Numbered from the stretch's first letter, positions 9,653 to 22,247 are shown. The stretch: 64,000 nt of DNA from an uncultured bacterium (GCA_964562525.1 CAZLTL010000002.1:18468-82467); one strand, 5' to 3'. Made by a program: numbers and translations. Notes: a model not told the origin generated them from the sequence alone.

Positions 9653-11314
9653 TTAATCCCTGTCGTCGGGATGAAGCTCAGTTTGAATGCGGTTAATAAA
9701 AACCTGTTGAAGCATCGAAAAAAGATTCTGAAAAATCCAGTACAGCACCAACCCGGAAGGGAAGGACCAGCAAATAAATCCAAAGAAAAACGGCATGATA
9801 TTCATGATCATCTGCTGTTCCGGCATGCTCATGGTTTGAGGCATCATTTTCTGATAGCCAATTTGGGAGATAACCATCAAAAAAGGAAGAATATTGAGCC
9901 ACTCTCCCAGAAAAGGAATTTTAAACGGCAATTGCATAAATTGATCCGGCGCCGAAAGATCTTGAATCCAAAAAATAAAGGGCGCGCCATGCAGCTCAAT
10001 CGCTTCAGGAAGCAAACGGAACATGCCGATTAAAATCGGAAGCTGAATCAGCATCGGCAAACAGCCCGAGATGGGGTTCACTTTGTTGCGCTTGTAAAGC
10101 TCCATGATTTCTTTTTGCGCCCGCTGCGGATCGTTTTTATATTTTTCCTGAATCGCTTTTTGGCGCGGCGACAACAGCTGCATTTTTTTCATGGACTTTG
10201 AGCTGATCAAAGTCAGCGGGGCAAAAACCAGCTTGATCAGAAAAGTTAAAAACAAAATGTCCCATCCGAAATTATGCGTGAACTGATGCAAAAATTTCAA
10301 AATCAAAAGCAGCCAAACCTTGGGCGCTCCAAAAAATCCGCGGGAAAGCACGGTTTGAAAGCCATCTTCAAATTTTTTCAGCGTTTCATAGCGCTGCGGA
10401 CCGGAATAAATTTTAAATTCGACGGCTCCTTTGGCGCCGCCCGCAACAATCAAGGGCTCGAGATGGTTCGCCATCATAATTTTTCCGTCTCTTGCTTCCG
10501 CGCGCGCGGAAATAATTTTACGGTCGGGCCGAACGATTAAGGCGAAATAGCTTTTAACCAGTGCGGTCCATGCGGAAGGCTCAGAAACCCAGAATCCTTT
10601 TTTTTCGATTTTTCCGACGTTGGCGGTTTTTAAACCGTTCGAAAAAGCCATGGCATCATAATATTCGCCTGGTTTCGGCTGGCCGTTAAAATGGTGGTAG
10701 TCCGCGCCATAAACAAACTCGAGAGGGTACGTCTTTTCGCGGTCGGTCAAATTTTCAATCTCCGTAATCAGCTGAAGCCCGGGATTATCGGATGATAAAC
10801 GAAAAGTTTTTGTGATGCGAAATGCGCCGGCTTCTTCATAAACATAGCTGGCTTCGCTTTCTGTTTTCGACGCAAGTTTAAAAACGGAATGGGTAAGGTG
10901 CTCCGCTTGCCCGCGAATCGCGACTGAAAAAATTCCGGGAAGCTCAACATCACCTTGAAAAAAGGCGGTTTGCGTCAAGTGTTCGCGCTTGGCCTCACCC
11001 TTAAAATCAAGCTGGGTTAGAGTCGCGCCGCGGTTTGAAAACTCCGCGGCAATCGTGTTGCTTTCCAGTTTAAAAAGCTCGGCGGGCTGATTGGAACGAA
11101 CCTCGGCTTCCTTGGCGGAAAAATCACTGCTCTCCGAAGACGCCGCCGCGGGCGCTTTGTTTTCAGCTGAAACCGCGCTTTCTACTTGCTCGACCGGCTT
11201 TTCTAGTGGGGCTTGCTGCGGTGGTTTAACCAAAACAAAGTAAACAAATAAGACAAGCGCGGAAAGCGCGATTGCAAAAAAATAATTTTTTTCGAAAGGC
11301 TGGTTTTGGTTCAC
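9653..11314 (-). CDS. yidC: membrane protein insertase YidC
   Basis: 553 aa. N-terminal TM, large periplasmic domain, C-terminal 5-TM core (PMLIQLPILIGMFRLL). Sits in the rpmH-rnpA-yidC arrangement. Confidence 0.9.
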   Translation of the reverse strand: MNQNQPFEKNYFFAIALSALVLFVYFVLVKPPQQAPLEKPVEQVESAVSAENKAPAAASSESSDFSAKEAEVRSNQPAELFKLESNTIAAEFSNRGATLTQLDFKGEAKREHLTQTAFFQGDVELPGIFSVAIRGQAEHLTHSVFKLASKTESEASYVYEEAGAFRITKTFRLSSDNPGLQLITEIENLTDREKTYPLEFVYGADYHHFNGQPKPGEYYDAMAFSNGLKTANVGKIEKKGFWVSEPSAWTALVKSYFALIVRPDRKIISARAEARDGKIMMANHLEPLIVAGGAKGAVEFKIYSGPQRYETLKKFEDGFQTVLSRGFFGAPKVWLLLILKFLHQFTHNFGWDILFLTFLIKLVFAPLTLISSKSMKKMQLLSPRQKAIQEKYKNDPQRAQKEIMELYKRNKVNPISGCLPMLIQLPILIGMFRLLPEAIELHGAPFIFWIQDLSAPDQFMQLPFKIPFLGEWLNILPFLMVISQIGYQKMMPQTMSMPEQQMIMNIMPFFFGFICWSFPSGLVLYWIFQNLFSMLQQVFINRIQTELHPDDRD

Positions 11315-11694
11315 TTTATTTCCCGATAGTTACAAATCAAATCTAATAAATCTTGTTCCAGTTCCTGATAAGAAATTTTTTTATCGACGTGCCGCGCAAC
11401 AATAACGCATGCGGTTTGCCCGGGAATTTCCATTTGTTTTTTTCTGAAAGCTTCCCTGATCTGCCGCCGCATTCGGTTTCTTGCAACTGCTCGCTTGGAT
11501 TTTTTGCGACTAATTACCACCGCAAGAAAGGGACCGCTCCCCGCTAAGGGAGGCGTCACTTTTTGGGATGAAAGAAGGCGGGCCAAAAGATGTTTTCCGC
11601 GCAACAAAACCCCATGCTCTAAAACAGATCGGATTTGTTCGTCTTTACGCAGCCTTAAATCTGGCCGTGGCCGATCCTTTGCGTCATGGATCAA
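11311..11694 (-). CDS. rnpA: ribonuclease P protein component
   Basis: 127 aa. Overlaps the rpmH stop by 4 nt and the yidC start. Basic protein ([24 protein letters not shown]). Confidence 0.85.
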   Translation of the reverse strand: MIHDAKDRPRPDLRLRKDEQIRSVLEHGVLLRGKHLLARLLSSQKVTPPLAGSGPFLAVVISRKKSKRAVARNRMRRQIREAFRKKQMEIPGQTACVIVARHVDKKISYQELEQDLLDLICNYREIK

Positions 11695-11828
11695 GCGGTT
11701 GTTAAACGTTTGCGACCTTTTTTCCGGCGGCGCGCAAGCGTCTGGCGTCCTTTTTGCGTACTTTTTTTCTTAAGAAAACCATGTTTTCTTTTTCTGCGCC
11801 GTTTTTTCGGCTGATATGTGCGTTTCAC
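11691..11828 (-). CDS. rpmH: 50S ribosomal protein L34
   Basis: 45 aa, GTG start. [45 protein letters not shown] matches the L34 consensus. Not in the ORF track (under 60 aa). Confidence 0.9.
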   Translation of the reverse strand: MKRTYQPKKRRRKRKHGFLKKKSTQKGRQTLARRRKKGRKRLTTA

Positions 11829-12082
11829 CCCGAGATCCTCCTAGATATAAAATCAAAAACGAACCCGTCAGGTCAACAAGGTGATTTCTGTGGGTTCGCG
11901 CCGCGGATTATAACAAAACAAGCCTGAATATCCAGCCTTTTTGTTTTAGCACTGATTAAAAGCGCTCTTGGAAATAATTTTTTTGGACACTCTGGCTGTT
12001 TTTTGGGTACAATGCGCACCTGTTTTTATTCATTATTCCCTGTTGATAAGTTGTTAACATTCTGTTTTTTCTATGCTTGCGC

Positions 12083-12091
12083 TTATCCACA
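12083..12091 (+). promoter_or_regulatory. perfect DnaA box TTATCCACA upstream of dnaA
   Basis: Exact consensus 9-mer 29 bp upstream of the dnaA ATG, plus a near-box TGTTGATAA at ~12045. Lies in the 290-bp rpmH-dnaA spacer. Confidence 0.6.
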
Positions 12092-12119
12092 GGTTATTAA
12101 AAAGCTGTTCATAACATAC

Positions 12120-13463
12120 ATGTCATCGCCGCACACGGAATCGCCCGCTTTGGTTTGGGACAAGGTTTGCGCTTGTCTGAAACGCGAATTAAGCGAGAGA
12201 TCCTTTCAAACCTGGTTCGGGCCTATAGCTATCAGCTCGATGTCCGACACCTCCGTTGCCCTGGGCGTGCCGGATAGCTATTACGGAAAATGGCTTTATG
12301 AGCATTATCAAAACCTGGTCGAAAGCGCCTTTCAAGAGGTTTTAGGTAAAAAAATAGCTGTTTCCTATCTTGTTGTAGATAAAGAGGTTATAGCAGAAAA
12401 AGCCCCTTCACAGATACAGAGCCTGCCGATTGCTTCACGCGCCGACGGAATGAACGCGAATTACACCTTTGAATCTTTTGTTATTGGTCCGGGAAACCGC
12501 TTTGCTCATGCTGCTGCAACCGCTGTAAGCGAAGCCCCTGCAAAGAGTTATAACCCTTTATTTGTTTATGGAAGGGCCGGCTTAGGAAAAACCCATCTCC
12601 TGCAAGCAATCGCAAATGAAGTTAAAAAGAAGAACCCGCGCTTTAACGTTCTTTATATATCAAGTGAAAAATTTGTAAATCAACTTATAACATCCATTCA
12701 AACAAAGAAAACAGCGGAATTTCGCGCTCGCTATCGAAGCTGCGATTTAATTTTAATTGATGACATTCATTTTATTGCGGACAAAGAAGCCACCCAGGAA
12801 GAGTTCTTCCATACCTTCAATACGCTCTACGATGCGCATAAACAGATCGTTGTTTCAAGTGATCGCCCACCCAAAGAAATTCCGGGTTTGGAGGAGCGGT
12901 TGGTCAGCCGTTTTGCGTGGGGCCTCGTAACTGATATTCAGCCGCCTGATTTTGAAACGCGCGTCGCGATTCTCAAAAAGAAAATCGAAAAAGAAACCGT
13001 GGCTGTTCCTGATGACGTGGCTTACTTTATCGCGTCAAAAATTAAGTCCAATATCCGCGAGCTGGAAGGCGCTTTAATCCGTGTTGTTGCTTATTGCACG
13101 CTGACGGGAGCGGTTTTAGATGTTAAACTTGCGGAATCCATTTTGAAAGACTCGTTCCAAGAAGAGTCGCAAAAATTTTCTATCGAAGAAGTTCAAAAAG
13201 TGGTGGCTGAGTTTTTTCACATTAACGTTGCGGATTTACGCTCAAAAACTCGCACTCGCTCGGTTGTTAAGCCGCGGCAGTACGCGATGTTTTTAATCCG
13301 GGAGATGACAAAATACTCTCTCCCTGAAATCGGAGATTTTTTTGGGGGGCGCGATCACACCACGGTGATGCACGCTTGTAAAACCGTAACAAATGAGCGG
13401 TTAAAAGATCCGGAAATTGCTAAAATGCTGGAATCACTTAAAAACATGTTGAAGAAAAATTGA
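12120..13463 (+). CDS. dnaA: chromosomal replication initiator DnaA
   Basis: 448 aa from the ATG at 12120 (MSSPHTESPALVWDKV...). AAA+ Walker A GRAGLGKTHLLQA. C-terminal DNA-binding domain. The ORF-track start at 12003 adds a non-DnaA-like 39-aa extension that covers the DnaA box, so 12120 is preferred. Confidence 0.95.
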   Translation: MSSPHTESPALVWDKVCACLKRELSERSFQTWFGPIAISSMSDTSVALGVPDSYYGKWLYEHYQNLVESAFQEVLGKKIAVSYLVVDKEVIAEKAPSQIQSLPIASRADGMNANYTFESFVIGPGNRFAHAAATAVSEAPAKSYNPLFVYGRAGLGKTHLLQAIANEVKKKNPRFNVLYISSEKFVNQLITSIQTKKTAEFRARYRSCDLILIDDIHFIADKEATQEEFFHTFNTLYDAHKQIVVSSDRPPKEIPGLEERLVSRFAWGLVTDIQPPDFETRVAILKKKIEKETVAVPDDVAYFIASKIKSNIRELEGALIRVVAYCTLTGAVLDVKLAESILKDSFQEESQKFSIEEVQKVVAEFFHINVADLRSKTRTRSVVKPRQYAMFLIREMTKYSLPEIGDFFGGRDHTTVMHACKTVTNERLKDPEIAKMLESLKNMLKKN

Positions 13464-13499
13464 GTTATGAACAGTTTTTGTTTTATGAAACCTATTCAT

Positions 13500-13580
13500 T
13501 TTAATCAAGTTAACAGGTTTTTCCACATTTCCACAAGTCCTATTACAACGACTACTTTTTTATATAAATTAATATAGGAG
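13500..13580. promoter_or_regulatory. dnaA-dnaN intergenic AT-rich region with tandem DnaA-box-like 9-mers (candidate oriC element)
   Basis: ggTTTTTCCACATTTCCACAag holds TTTTCCACA (1 mismatch) and ATTTCCACA (2 mismatches), followed by ttttttatataaattaatatagg. Confidence 0.4.
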
Positions 13581-13590
13581 CAGATAGTAA

Positions 13591-14688
13591 ATGGATATTC
13601 GCATCGATAAAAATGATTTGTTATCTAAGATTTCTTTAGGTGTCAATATTAGTTCTTCAAAAGCAACCACTTTGCCGATTTTAAGTAATCTTTTATTGGA
13701 AACTAAAAAAAACAAACTTCAAATTGTCGCGACCGACATGGAAGTTGGGGTTTTAACGTCGTGCGGCGCTGAAATAAAAGAAGAAGGCAGTGTGACGGCT
13801 CCGGCAAGAAAGTTTTATGACATCATTAAAGAGCTTCCTGACGGAGAAATGGAAATACAGGTTTCTAAAAACCACACCGTTCAAATTAAATCGGGAAAAT
13901 CCGTTTTTAAAGTGATGGGGATGGATAAAGAAGATTATCCACAGCTTCCGGAGCCTTCTCTTGAAAACGCGATTGAAATTGAGCAAAGCCTTTTAAAAGA
14001 AGCGCTGCAATTAACTTCGTTCGCGGTTTCACGTGATGAGACACGTTATGTTTTAAACGGAATTTTAGTTTCGTTTAAAGGAGATATTTTCCGATGTGTT
14101 GCAACAGACGGCAGAAGACTCGCATATTATGAAAAAAAGATTTCTTCTAAAATAAAAAAAGATGTCGAGATTATTATTCCAAGTAAAGCGGTTCATGAGC
14201 TTTCCAAACTTTTAAACTGGGATGGAACGGTTCAAATCTCAGTATTTCAAAACAAAGTTGTTTTTTGCGTTGCGAATACTTTTTTAAGCGCGACGCTGAT
14301 TGAAGGAAAATTTCCTAACTATGAGCAGGTTATTCCAAAAGGAAAAGGAACGACGGCGGAGATTAATCGCAATGAATTATTGCAATGCTTGCGCCGCGCC
14401 GCGTTGCTAACTTCCGCGGAAGCGCCCGCGGTAAAAGTTGATTTTTTAAAAGGGCGCGTCATGATTACCGCGAGAACCCCTAATCTTGGCGAAGCTAAAG
14501 AAGAAGCGGTAAGCCGCCACGAAGGTAAAGAAATGACAATCGGCTTTAACCCTGATTATTTAATGGATGTTTTAAAAAATCTTGAAACCGACAATATTGT
14601 TTTTTCATTAAGTGATTCGGATAAACCGGGCGTGGTGGAAGGTAAAGAAGGTTATCTTTACGTGATTATGCCGATGCAAATCCATTAA
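13591..14688 (+). CDS. dnaN: DNA polymerase III beta sliding clamp
   Basis: 365 aa with a beta-clamp three-domain pattern. Position after dnaA. Confidence 0.95.
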   Translation: MDIRIDKNDLLSKISLGVNISSSKATTLPILSNLLLETKKNKLQIVATDMEVGVLTSCGAEIKEEGSVTAPARKFYDIIKELPDGEMEIQVSKNHTVQIKSGKSVFKVMGMDKEDYPQLPEPSLENAIEIEQSLLKEALQLTSFAVSRDETRYVLNGILVSFKGDIFRCVATDGRRLAYYEKKISSKIKKDVEIIIPSKAVHELSKLLNWDGTVQISVFQNKVVFCVANTFLSATLIEGKFPNYEQVIPKGKGTTAEINRNELLQCLRRAALLTSAEAPAVKVDFLKGRVMITARTPNLGEAKEEAVSRHEGKEMTIGFNPDYLMDVLKNLETDNIVFSLSDSDKPGVVEGKEGYLYVIMPMQIH

Positions 14689-14744
14689 TAAATTTGCTCT
14701 GAGGCGAAGGCTTAACCGCGAGACCAAATAAAAGGCATCTTGAG

Positions 14745-15029
14745 ATGGAAGAGATGAAGGGGTTGGTTGGAAGGGTTTTAGCGGGGATGGTCGATCCGGG
14801 CTCACCGCAGAACAAGCTATCGCAAGAATGGGAAAAAGTCGCGGGCAAGAACATTGCCGCGATTTCGAGACCGTTTGTTTCGAAGAAAAAAATACTTTAT
14901 GTCGAGGTTTCGGATGGGGGATACGCGTTTGAGATTCGCCAAAAATATCAAGCCTCGCTTTTAAAAAGAGCGCAGGCTTTGCTTGGTGAAGAAAATGTTT
15001 TAGATATACGGATTATCGTGAAGCCCTGA
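14745..15029 (+). CDS. DUF721 (DciA-like) protein
   Basis: 94 aa. QEWEKVAGKNIAAISRPFVSKKKILYVEVSDGGYAFEIRQKYQASLLKRAQALL fits the DUF721 pattern (W..vvG..ia.hs.P..l..g.L.V.v.s..w..EL...k..il). Canonical dnaN/gyrB-neighbour position. recF is absent. Confidence 0.6.
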   Translation: MEEMKGLVGRVLAGMVDPGSPQNKLSQEWEKVAGKNIAAISRPFVSKKKILYVEVSDGGYAFEIRQKYQASLLKRAQALLGEENVLDIRIIVKP

Positions 15030-15116
15030 GATGGTTTTTTGCGCTAAAAACGCAAACGCGCAAGCGGCAGATAAAAATTTTAGAGATGTAAGTTTTTAAT
15101 AATAACGACGAGGTAA

Positions 15117-17549
<2,433 letters not shown>

Positions 17550-17622
17550 GGCTCTGAGCGCGCAGCGCTCAACCGCCGACGAGCAACATTATTTTTAAAG
17601 AATAAAGCAGAGGGTACAAAGA

Positions 17623-20106
17623 ATGGCTGACGAAAAGAATCTTTACGCGATGAATGAAAAAATCATTCCGATTGCAATTGAAGATGAAATGAAAAAATCG
17701 TACATCGATTATTCGATGTCGGTTATCGTGGGCCGCGCTTTGCCCGACGTGCGTGACGGCCTCAAGCCCGTGCATCGCCGCATTTTGTTCGCGATGAATG
17801 AGCTTGGTTTCGCGCACAATAAACCTTATAAAAAATCCGCGCGTATTGTGGGTGAAGTGCTCGGTAAATTCCATCCGCACGGTGATATCGCCGTGTATGA
17901 CACGCTGGTGCGCATGGTTCAGGATTTTTCTCTGCGCTATCCGCTGATTGACGGTCAGGGTAACTTTGGGTCGATTGACGGCGACCGCGCCGCGGCGATG
18001 CGTTACACCGAGGCTCGCCTTGCTCAGGTTTCCAACGAACTTTTAGAAGACATCGACAAGAACACCGTTGATTTCGTTCCGAACTTTGACGAATCGTTGA
18101 AAGAGCCGACAGTCCTTCCTTCCCGCATGCCGAATTTGCTTGTGAATGGCTCGGCCGGTATCGCGGTGGGTATGGCGACCAACATTCCGCCGCACAACTT
18201 AACCGAAGTGGTGAATGGGATTTTGGCGACGATCGAAAATCCGGATATCACGATCAAAGATTTGATGAAGCACATCAAGGGGCCCGACTTTCCGACTGCG
18301 GGAACCATCATGGGACGCGACGGAATCCGTTCGGCTTATGAAACCGGCCGCGGCAAGGTTTTGATTCGCGCGAAAGCCGCGATTGAGTCCGGACCGAAAA
18401 AAGAAGCGATCGTGATCACCGAAATTCCTTATCAGGTTAATAAAACCAATTTGATCGAATCGATCGTGGGTTTGGTTGAATCCAAAAAAGTGGAAGGTAT
18501 TTCTGATATCCGCGATGAATCCGATCGCGACGGTATGCGTGTTGTAATCGAGCTGAAGCGCGACGCCAATGCTCAAGTCATCTTGAACCAGCTTTATAAG
18601 CACACGCAAATGCAGCAAACGTTCGGCATTATTATGTTGTCGCTTGTGAAGGGCCAGCCGCGCGTTCTCAATCTGAAACAGATGATCGAGTATTTCATCG
18701 AATTCCGCGTGGAAGTCATCACGAAGCGCACGAAGTTTGATCTCGATAAAGCTGAAAAACGCGCGCACATTCTCGAAGGCTTGAAAATCGCGGTCGATAA
18801 CATCGACAAGATTATCAAAATCATCCGCGGCGCGAAGAATCCGGAAGACGCGAAGAATGAATTGATCAAACAATTCAAGCTTTCGGTGCTTCAGGCGCAG
18901 GCTATTTTGGAATTGCAGCTTCAAAGATTAACCCAGCTTGAAAGACATAAGATCGACGAAGAATACGCCGAGCTTTTAAAGAAGATCAGCGAGCTAAAGT
19001 CGATTTTGAAAAGCCGCCAAAAAATCCTTCATATCATTGGTGAAGAATCCAAAGAGCTGATCAAGAAAACCGGTGATGAGCGTCGCACGCAAATCGTCGC
19101 GGCAGAAAAAGAAATCGACATTGAAGATTTGATTGTCGAAGAAGATGTGGTCATTACACTGTCGCACGCCGGCTATATTAAGCGCATTCCCGTTTCCGCC
19201 TATCGCAAGCAAAACCGCGGCGGCTCGGGCGTGAACGCGGCCGGCATGAAAGATGACGATGATTTCATCGAGCATCTTTTCTTGTGCTCGACGCATGAAA
19301 CTATTTTGTTTTTCACGAATACGGGACGTGTTTATTGGCGCAAAGCTTATGACATTCCGCAGGCTTCGCGTATCGCAAAGGGTAAATCTATCGCGAATGT
19401 GCTCGCGCTGAATCCGACCGAGAAGATTCAGAGTTTCCTCAAGGTGAAAGAGTTTGATGATAAACGCTTCGTTGTCATGATCACGAAAAACGGAATTATC
19501 AAAAAGACGCGCCTTGTGCATTATTCGCGTCCGCGCGCGGGTGGCGTCCAGGCCATCACGTTGCGTGACAAAGATGAGCTCGTTTCGTGCATGATCACCA
19601 CCGGCGAAGACACGATTTTTATCGCGTCCCGCGAAGGCATGGCGATTCAGTTCAGTGAAAAAGACGCACGTGAGATGGGGCGCACGGCTTCGGGCGTAAT
19701 GGGGATGCGTCTCGATAAAAAAGATTACGTGATCGCGGCGGAGCTAACGCAGCCGGATTCAACGGCATTGACCGTAACAGAATCGGGCTACGGCAAGAAA
19801 ACATATTACAAAGAATATCGTCTTCAGTCGCGCGGCGGCAAAGGCGTGATTAACGCGAACGTTACCGATAAAAACGGTAAGGTTGTCAACGTGATCACCG
19901 TAACCGAAGATGATGAAATTATCGTTATGACCGATAAGGGCATGGTGGTGCGCAGCGCCGTGAACCAGATTCGTACGACAAGCCGCAACACGCAAGGCGT
20001 GCGCATTATCCGTTTAAAAGACGGGCATAAAGTTGTTTCCGCCGCACGTGTCGTTGCCGGTGAAGATGACGGCGAGGCTGAGCTGGATCTGAAGGAATCA
20101 AAGTAA
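17623..20106 (+). CDS. gyrA: DNA gyrase subunit A
   Basis: 827 aa. Active-site region [10 protein letters not shown]-terminal beta-pinwheel repeats. Confidence 0.97.
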   Translation: MADEKNLYAMNEKIIPIAIEDEMKKSYIDYSMSVIVGRALPDVRDGLKPVHRRILFAMNELGFAHNKPYKKSARIVGEVLGKFHPHGDIAVYDTLVRMVQDFSLRYPLIDGQGNFGSIDGDRAAAMRYTEARLAQVSNELLEDIDKNTVDFVPNFDESLKEPTVLPSRMPNLLVNGSAGIAVGMATNIPPHNLTEVVNGILATIENPDITIKDLMKHIKGPDFPTAGTIMGRDGIRSAYETGRGKVLIRAKAAIESGPKKEAIVITEIPYQVNKTNLIESIVGLVESKKVEGISDIRDESDRDGMRVVIELKRDANAQVILNQLYKHTQMQQTFGIIMLSLVKGQPRVLNLKQMIEYFIEFRVEVITKRTKFDLDKAEKRAHILEGLKIAVDNIDKIIKIIRGAKNPEDAKNELIKQFKLSVLQAQAILELQLQRLTQLERHKIDEEYAELLKKISELKSILKSRQKILHIIGEESKELIKKTGDERRTQIVAAEKEIDIEDLIVEEDVVITLSHAGYIKRIPVSAYRKQNRGGSGVNAAGMKDDDDFIEHLFLCSTHETILFFTNTGRVYWRKAYDIPQASRIAKGKSIANVLALNPTEKIQSFLKVKEFDDKRFVVMITKNGIIKKTRLVHYSRPRAGGVQAITLRDKDELVSCMITTGEDTIFIASREGMAIQFSEKDAREMGRTASGVMGMRLDKKDYVIAAELTQPDSTALTVTESGYGKKTYYKEYRLQSRGGKGVINANVTDKNGKVVNVITVTEDDEIIVMTDKGMVVRSAVNQIRTTSRNTQGVRIIRLKDGHKVVSAARVVAGEDDGEAELDLKESK

Positions 20107-20189
20107 ATGTTAGAAGCGAATACAATTTTTTGCTTTGCGCCAGAGGCGCAACGGCGAAATGCAGCTAACTTTTAAATCAGGTAAAGACC

Positions 20190-20303
20190 ATGTTAGACCT
20201 AAAAAAATTACGCGAAACACCGGATGTTTTTAAAGCGGGCGTTGCCGCGCTGAAATATTTTGGCTCTGCGGCTTCGCCGCAACCGTGGAGCACATATGCT
20301 TGA
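20190..20303 (+). CDS. 37-aa upstream ORF that is a diverged copy of the first 19 residues of SerS; overlaps the serS start
   Basis: MLDLKKLRETPDVFKAGVAALKYFGSAASPQPWSTYA*. Residues 1-19 match the SerS N-terminus (MLDLKKLREAPDIYKAGVA) at 15/19 identity but only about 68% nt identity; differences are mostly synonymous. Its stop overlaps the serS ATG in another frame. Confidence 0.45.
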   Translation: MLDLKKLRETPDVFKAGVAALKYFGSAASPQPWSTYA

Positions 20304-21576
20304 TTTGAAAAAACTCCGAGAAGCCCCTGATATCTACAAGGCAGGCGTTGCTTCCAAGTCTCCCAAAGCAGCGGAGATGATCGATCAGATTCTTGAGCTG
20401 GATAAGGATCGCCGCAAATGGGTGGCCGAAGTCGAGGCTTTAAAAGCCGAGCGCAACAAAGCCAATGATCAAATTGCAGCGGCTAAGCGCTCTGGACAGC
20501 CGGCGGACGCCATTCTCACCGCCATGAAAGAGTCATCCCAGAAAATCAAAGAATTTGATCAAAAGGTGGGTGAAGTTGACTCAAAAATAGCCTCTATTCT
20601 GTCCAATATCCCAAATATACCTCATAAAGATGTTCCGGTTGCTCCAGGTGCAACTGGCAATAAAGTGGTTAAAACTTGGGGTGAACCCAAAAAACTCGCT
20701 TTCGAAGGTAAAGATCATCTCGATTTAGGCAATGCGCTTGGCTGGATTTCGATGGAGACTGGCGCCAAAATTACTGGTGCGGGTTTTCCGGTTTACTTTG
20801 GTGAGGGCGCGCGTCTTCAGCGCGCTTTGATTAACTTAATGCTGGATATGCATACCCAAAAGCACGGCTATAAAGAAGCCTGGTCTCCCGCGATTGTAAA
20901 CCGCGCCTCCATGATCGGCACGGGGCAAGTTCCGAAAATGGAAGATGATATGTATTCACTGTATGAGCCCGAATCTGAAAAAAAGCACGGCGACTTTTTT
21001 CTGATTCCAACGGCTGAAGTTCCGATTACTAATTTTTTTCGCGATGACACGCTTAGTGAAGAGCAGCTTCCAATTTTGATGACGGGCTATACGCCGTGTT
21101 TTCGCCGTGAAGCCGGAACTTACGGCAAAGACACTCGCGGACTTTCACGCGTCCATCAATTTGACAAAGTGGAGCTTGTAAAAATTGCTCATCCGGATCA
21201 TTCTGACCAGGAGCTTGAGACATTACTTGCGAATGCTGAAGCGGTTTTGCAGGCACTGGAATTGCCTTATCGTGTTTTGCTTTTAGGAAGCGGAGACATG
21301 AGTTTTTCAGCCGCCAAATGTTATGACCTTGAAGTTTGGGCGCCGGTGAGCCAGAAATGGTTTGAGGTTTCAAGCTGCAGCACATTTGGCGATTTTCAGG
21401 CGCGCCGAGCGAATATCCGTTTTCGCCGCAAAGAAAACAATAAGATTGATTTTTGCCATACGCTGAATGGTTCCGGGTTAGCATTGCCGCGCATTGTCTT
21501 GGCACTGCTTGAAAACTTTCAGGACGAAAAAGGAAAAATTCATTTTCCCCAAGCTCTGCGTAAGTACTTATCTTAA
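20296..21576 (+). CDS. serS: seryl-tRNA synthetase
   Basis: 426 aa from the ATG at 20296 (MLDLKKLREAPDIYKAGVA...). N-terminal tRNA-binding coiled coil. Class II motifs. The ORF-track start at 20260 is an in-frame upstream extension. Confidence 0.95.
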   Translation: MLDLKKLREAPDIYKAGVASKSPKAAEMIDQILELDKDRRKWVAEVEALKAERNKANDQIAAAKRSGQPADAILTAMKESSQKIKEFDQKVGEVDSKIASILSNIPNIPHKDVPVAPGATGNKVVKTWGEPKKLAFEGKDHLDLGNALGWISMETGAKITGAGFPVYFGEGARLQRALINLMLDMHTQKHGYKEAWSPAIVNRASMIGTGQVPKMEDDMYSLYEPESEKKHGDFFLIPTAEVPITNFFRDDTLSEEQLPILMTGYTPCFRREAGTYGKDTRGLSRVHQFDKVELVKIAHPDHSDQELETLLANAEAVLQALELPYRVLLLGSGDMSFSAAKCYDLEVWAPVSQKWFEVSSCSTFGDFQARRANIRFRRKENNKIDFCHTLNGSGLALPRIVLALLENFQDEKGKIHFPQALRKYLS

Positions 21577-21625
21577 GACTTGCCACGGCAAAAACATTTT
21601 TATAAGCTAGCGCTTTGTTTTTCGC

Positions 21626-21716
21626 GGAGGGGTCGCATAGCCCGGCTTAGTGCGGCGGTTTGCTAAACCGCTGTGGCTCGCAAGAGCTACCGGGGGTTCA
21701 AATCCCCCCCCCTCCG
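21626..21716 (+). tRNA. tRNA-Ser(GCU)
   Basis: Hand-folded cloverleaf. Acceptor GGAGGGG/CCCCTCC, discriminator G. Anticodon stem GCGGT/ACCGC with loop TTGCTAA. Long variable arm. T-loop GGGGGTTCAAATCCCCC. No encoded CCA. Confidence 0.85.
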
Positions 21717-21751
21717 TATTCCATTCCGCTTAATCAAAAAGCCACGAACTT

Positions 21752-21797
21752 AAAAATTCAGACAGTCCTCGGCCGAAGGCCTGCGGAACTCATTTTT
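21752..21797 (+). repeat. conserved tRNA 3'-flank element, copy 1 (after tRNA-Ser GCU); copy 2 at 24957..24997 after tRNA-Arg
   Basis: aaaaattcaGacagtcctcggCCGAAggcCTGCGgaactcattttt versus aaaaattcaAacagCCGAAaCTGCGttcggaactcattttt. Hairpin plus shared AACTCATTTTT tail. Probable shared terminator/processing element. Confidence 0.5.
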
Positions 21798-21901
21798 AAA
21801 TTCATGTCATTTTGATAGCGCTCCATTCTTGGCCTCTCCCCCCAAGGAAATTTTCTAATAAGCATGGGAAAGTGTTTTCAGCTATAATTCTCGCTCGTCG
21901 C

Positions 21902-21991
21902 GGAGAGGTGGCAGAGCGGTTGAATGCGGCAGTCTTGAAAACTGTTAGGGTCGCAAGGCCCTCGGGGGTTCGAATCCCTCCCTCTCCGCCA
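21902..21991 (+). tRNA. tRNA-Ser(UGA), CCA encoded
   Basis: GGAGAGGTGGCAGAGCGGTTGAATGCGGCAGTCTTGAAAACTGTTAGGGTCGCAAGGCCCTCGGGGGTTCGAATCCCTCCCTCTCCGCCA. Anticodon loop CTTGAAA. Long variable arm. TATAAT-like box at ~21884 upstream. Confidence 0.85.
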
Positions 21992-22080
21992 GTTTCATTT
22001 TCTGAAAACGCATGTCTGCTGCGTTGCGATTTTCGCTTCCTTGTGCGGCGTAGGTTTCACTACGCCTCCGCGGGCGCTCA
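21992..22080 (+). repeat. conserved ~90-bp 3' flank shared by tRNA-Ser(UGA) and tRNA-Ser(GGA) (second copy 32560..32647, minus strand)
   Basis: Both flanks share TTTTCTGAAAA, a GC hairpin, then ccTTGTGCG..GTAGGTTTCACTAC.CCTCCGCGG.CG.TCAAT. This includes the hairpin GGCGTAG-GTTTCA-CTACGCC (7-bp stem in the 22050 copy). Confidence 0.55.
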
Positions 22081-22247
22081 ATCGCGCCTTGCATTCAACC
22101 TGTTTTGAGAAAATGATGCGAATAGAAAGTTTGGACGCGAGTGGCGGACCTGAAGTGCGGCCGAGCGGCCAGCGAGAGACCGAAACAAGCGCCGGTAATC
22201 CCTTAATTTTGTTCTGTGCTTAAAGCGTATACAACCCAAGATTACTT

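Noticed and set aside
12003-12119. Upstream 39-codon extension of dnaA in the ORF track
   Set aside because: The extension is not DnaA-like and covers the perfect DnaA box. The canonical DnaA N-terminus begins at the ATG at 12120.
18199-19521. Minus-strand ORFs of 241 aa and 175 aa inside gyrA (and the 553-aa-scale antisense ORFs inside yidC, gyrB, mnmG)
   Set aside because: They lie antisense to strongly supported essential genes. Low-complexity, unfamiliar products.
20260-20295. In-frame upstream extension of serS (MALRLRRNRGAH)
   Set aside because: SerS homologues begin at MLDLKKL. The extension overlaps the leader uORF.
21812-22223. ORFs 21812..22108 and 22041..22223 (+)
   Set aside because: They overlap tRNA-Ser(UGA) and its conserved hairpin-containing 3' flank. 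The translated sequence is the tRNA itself.
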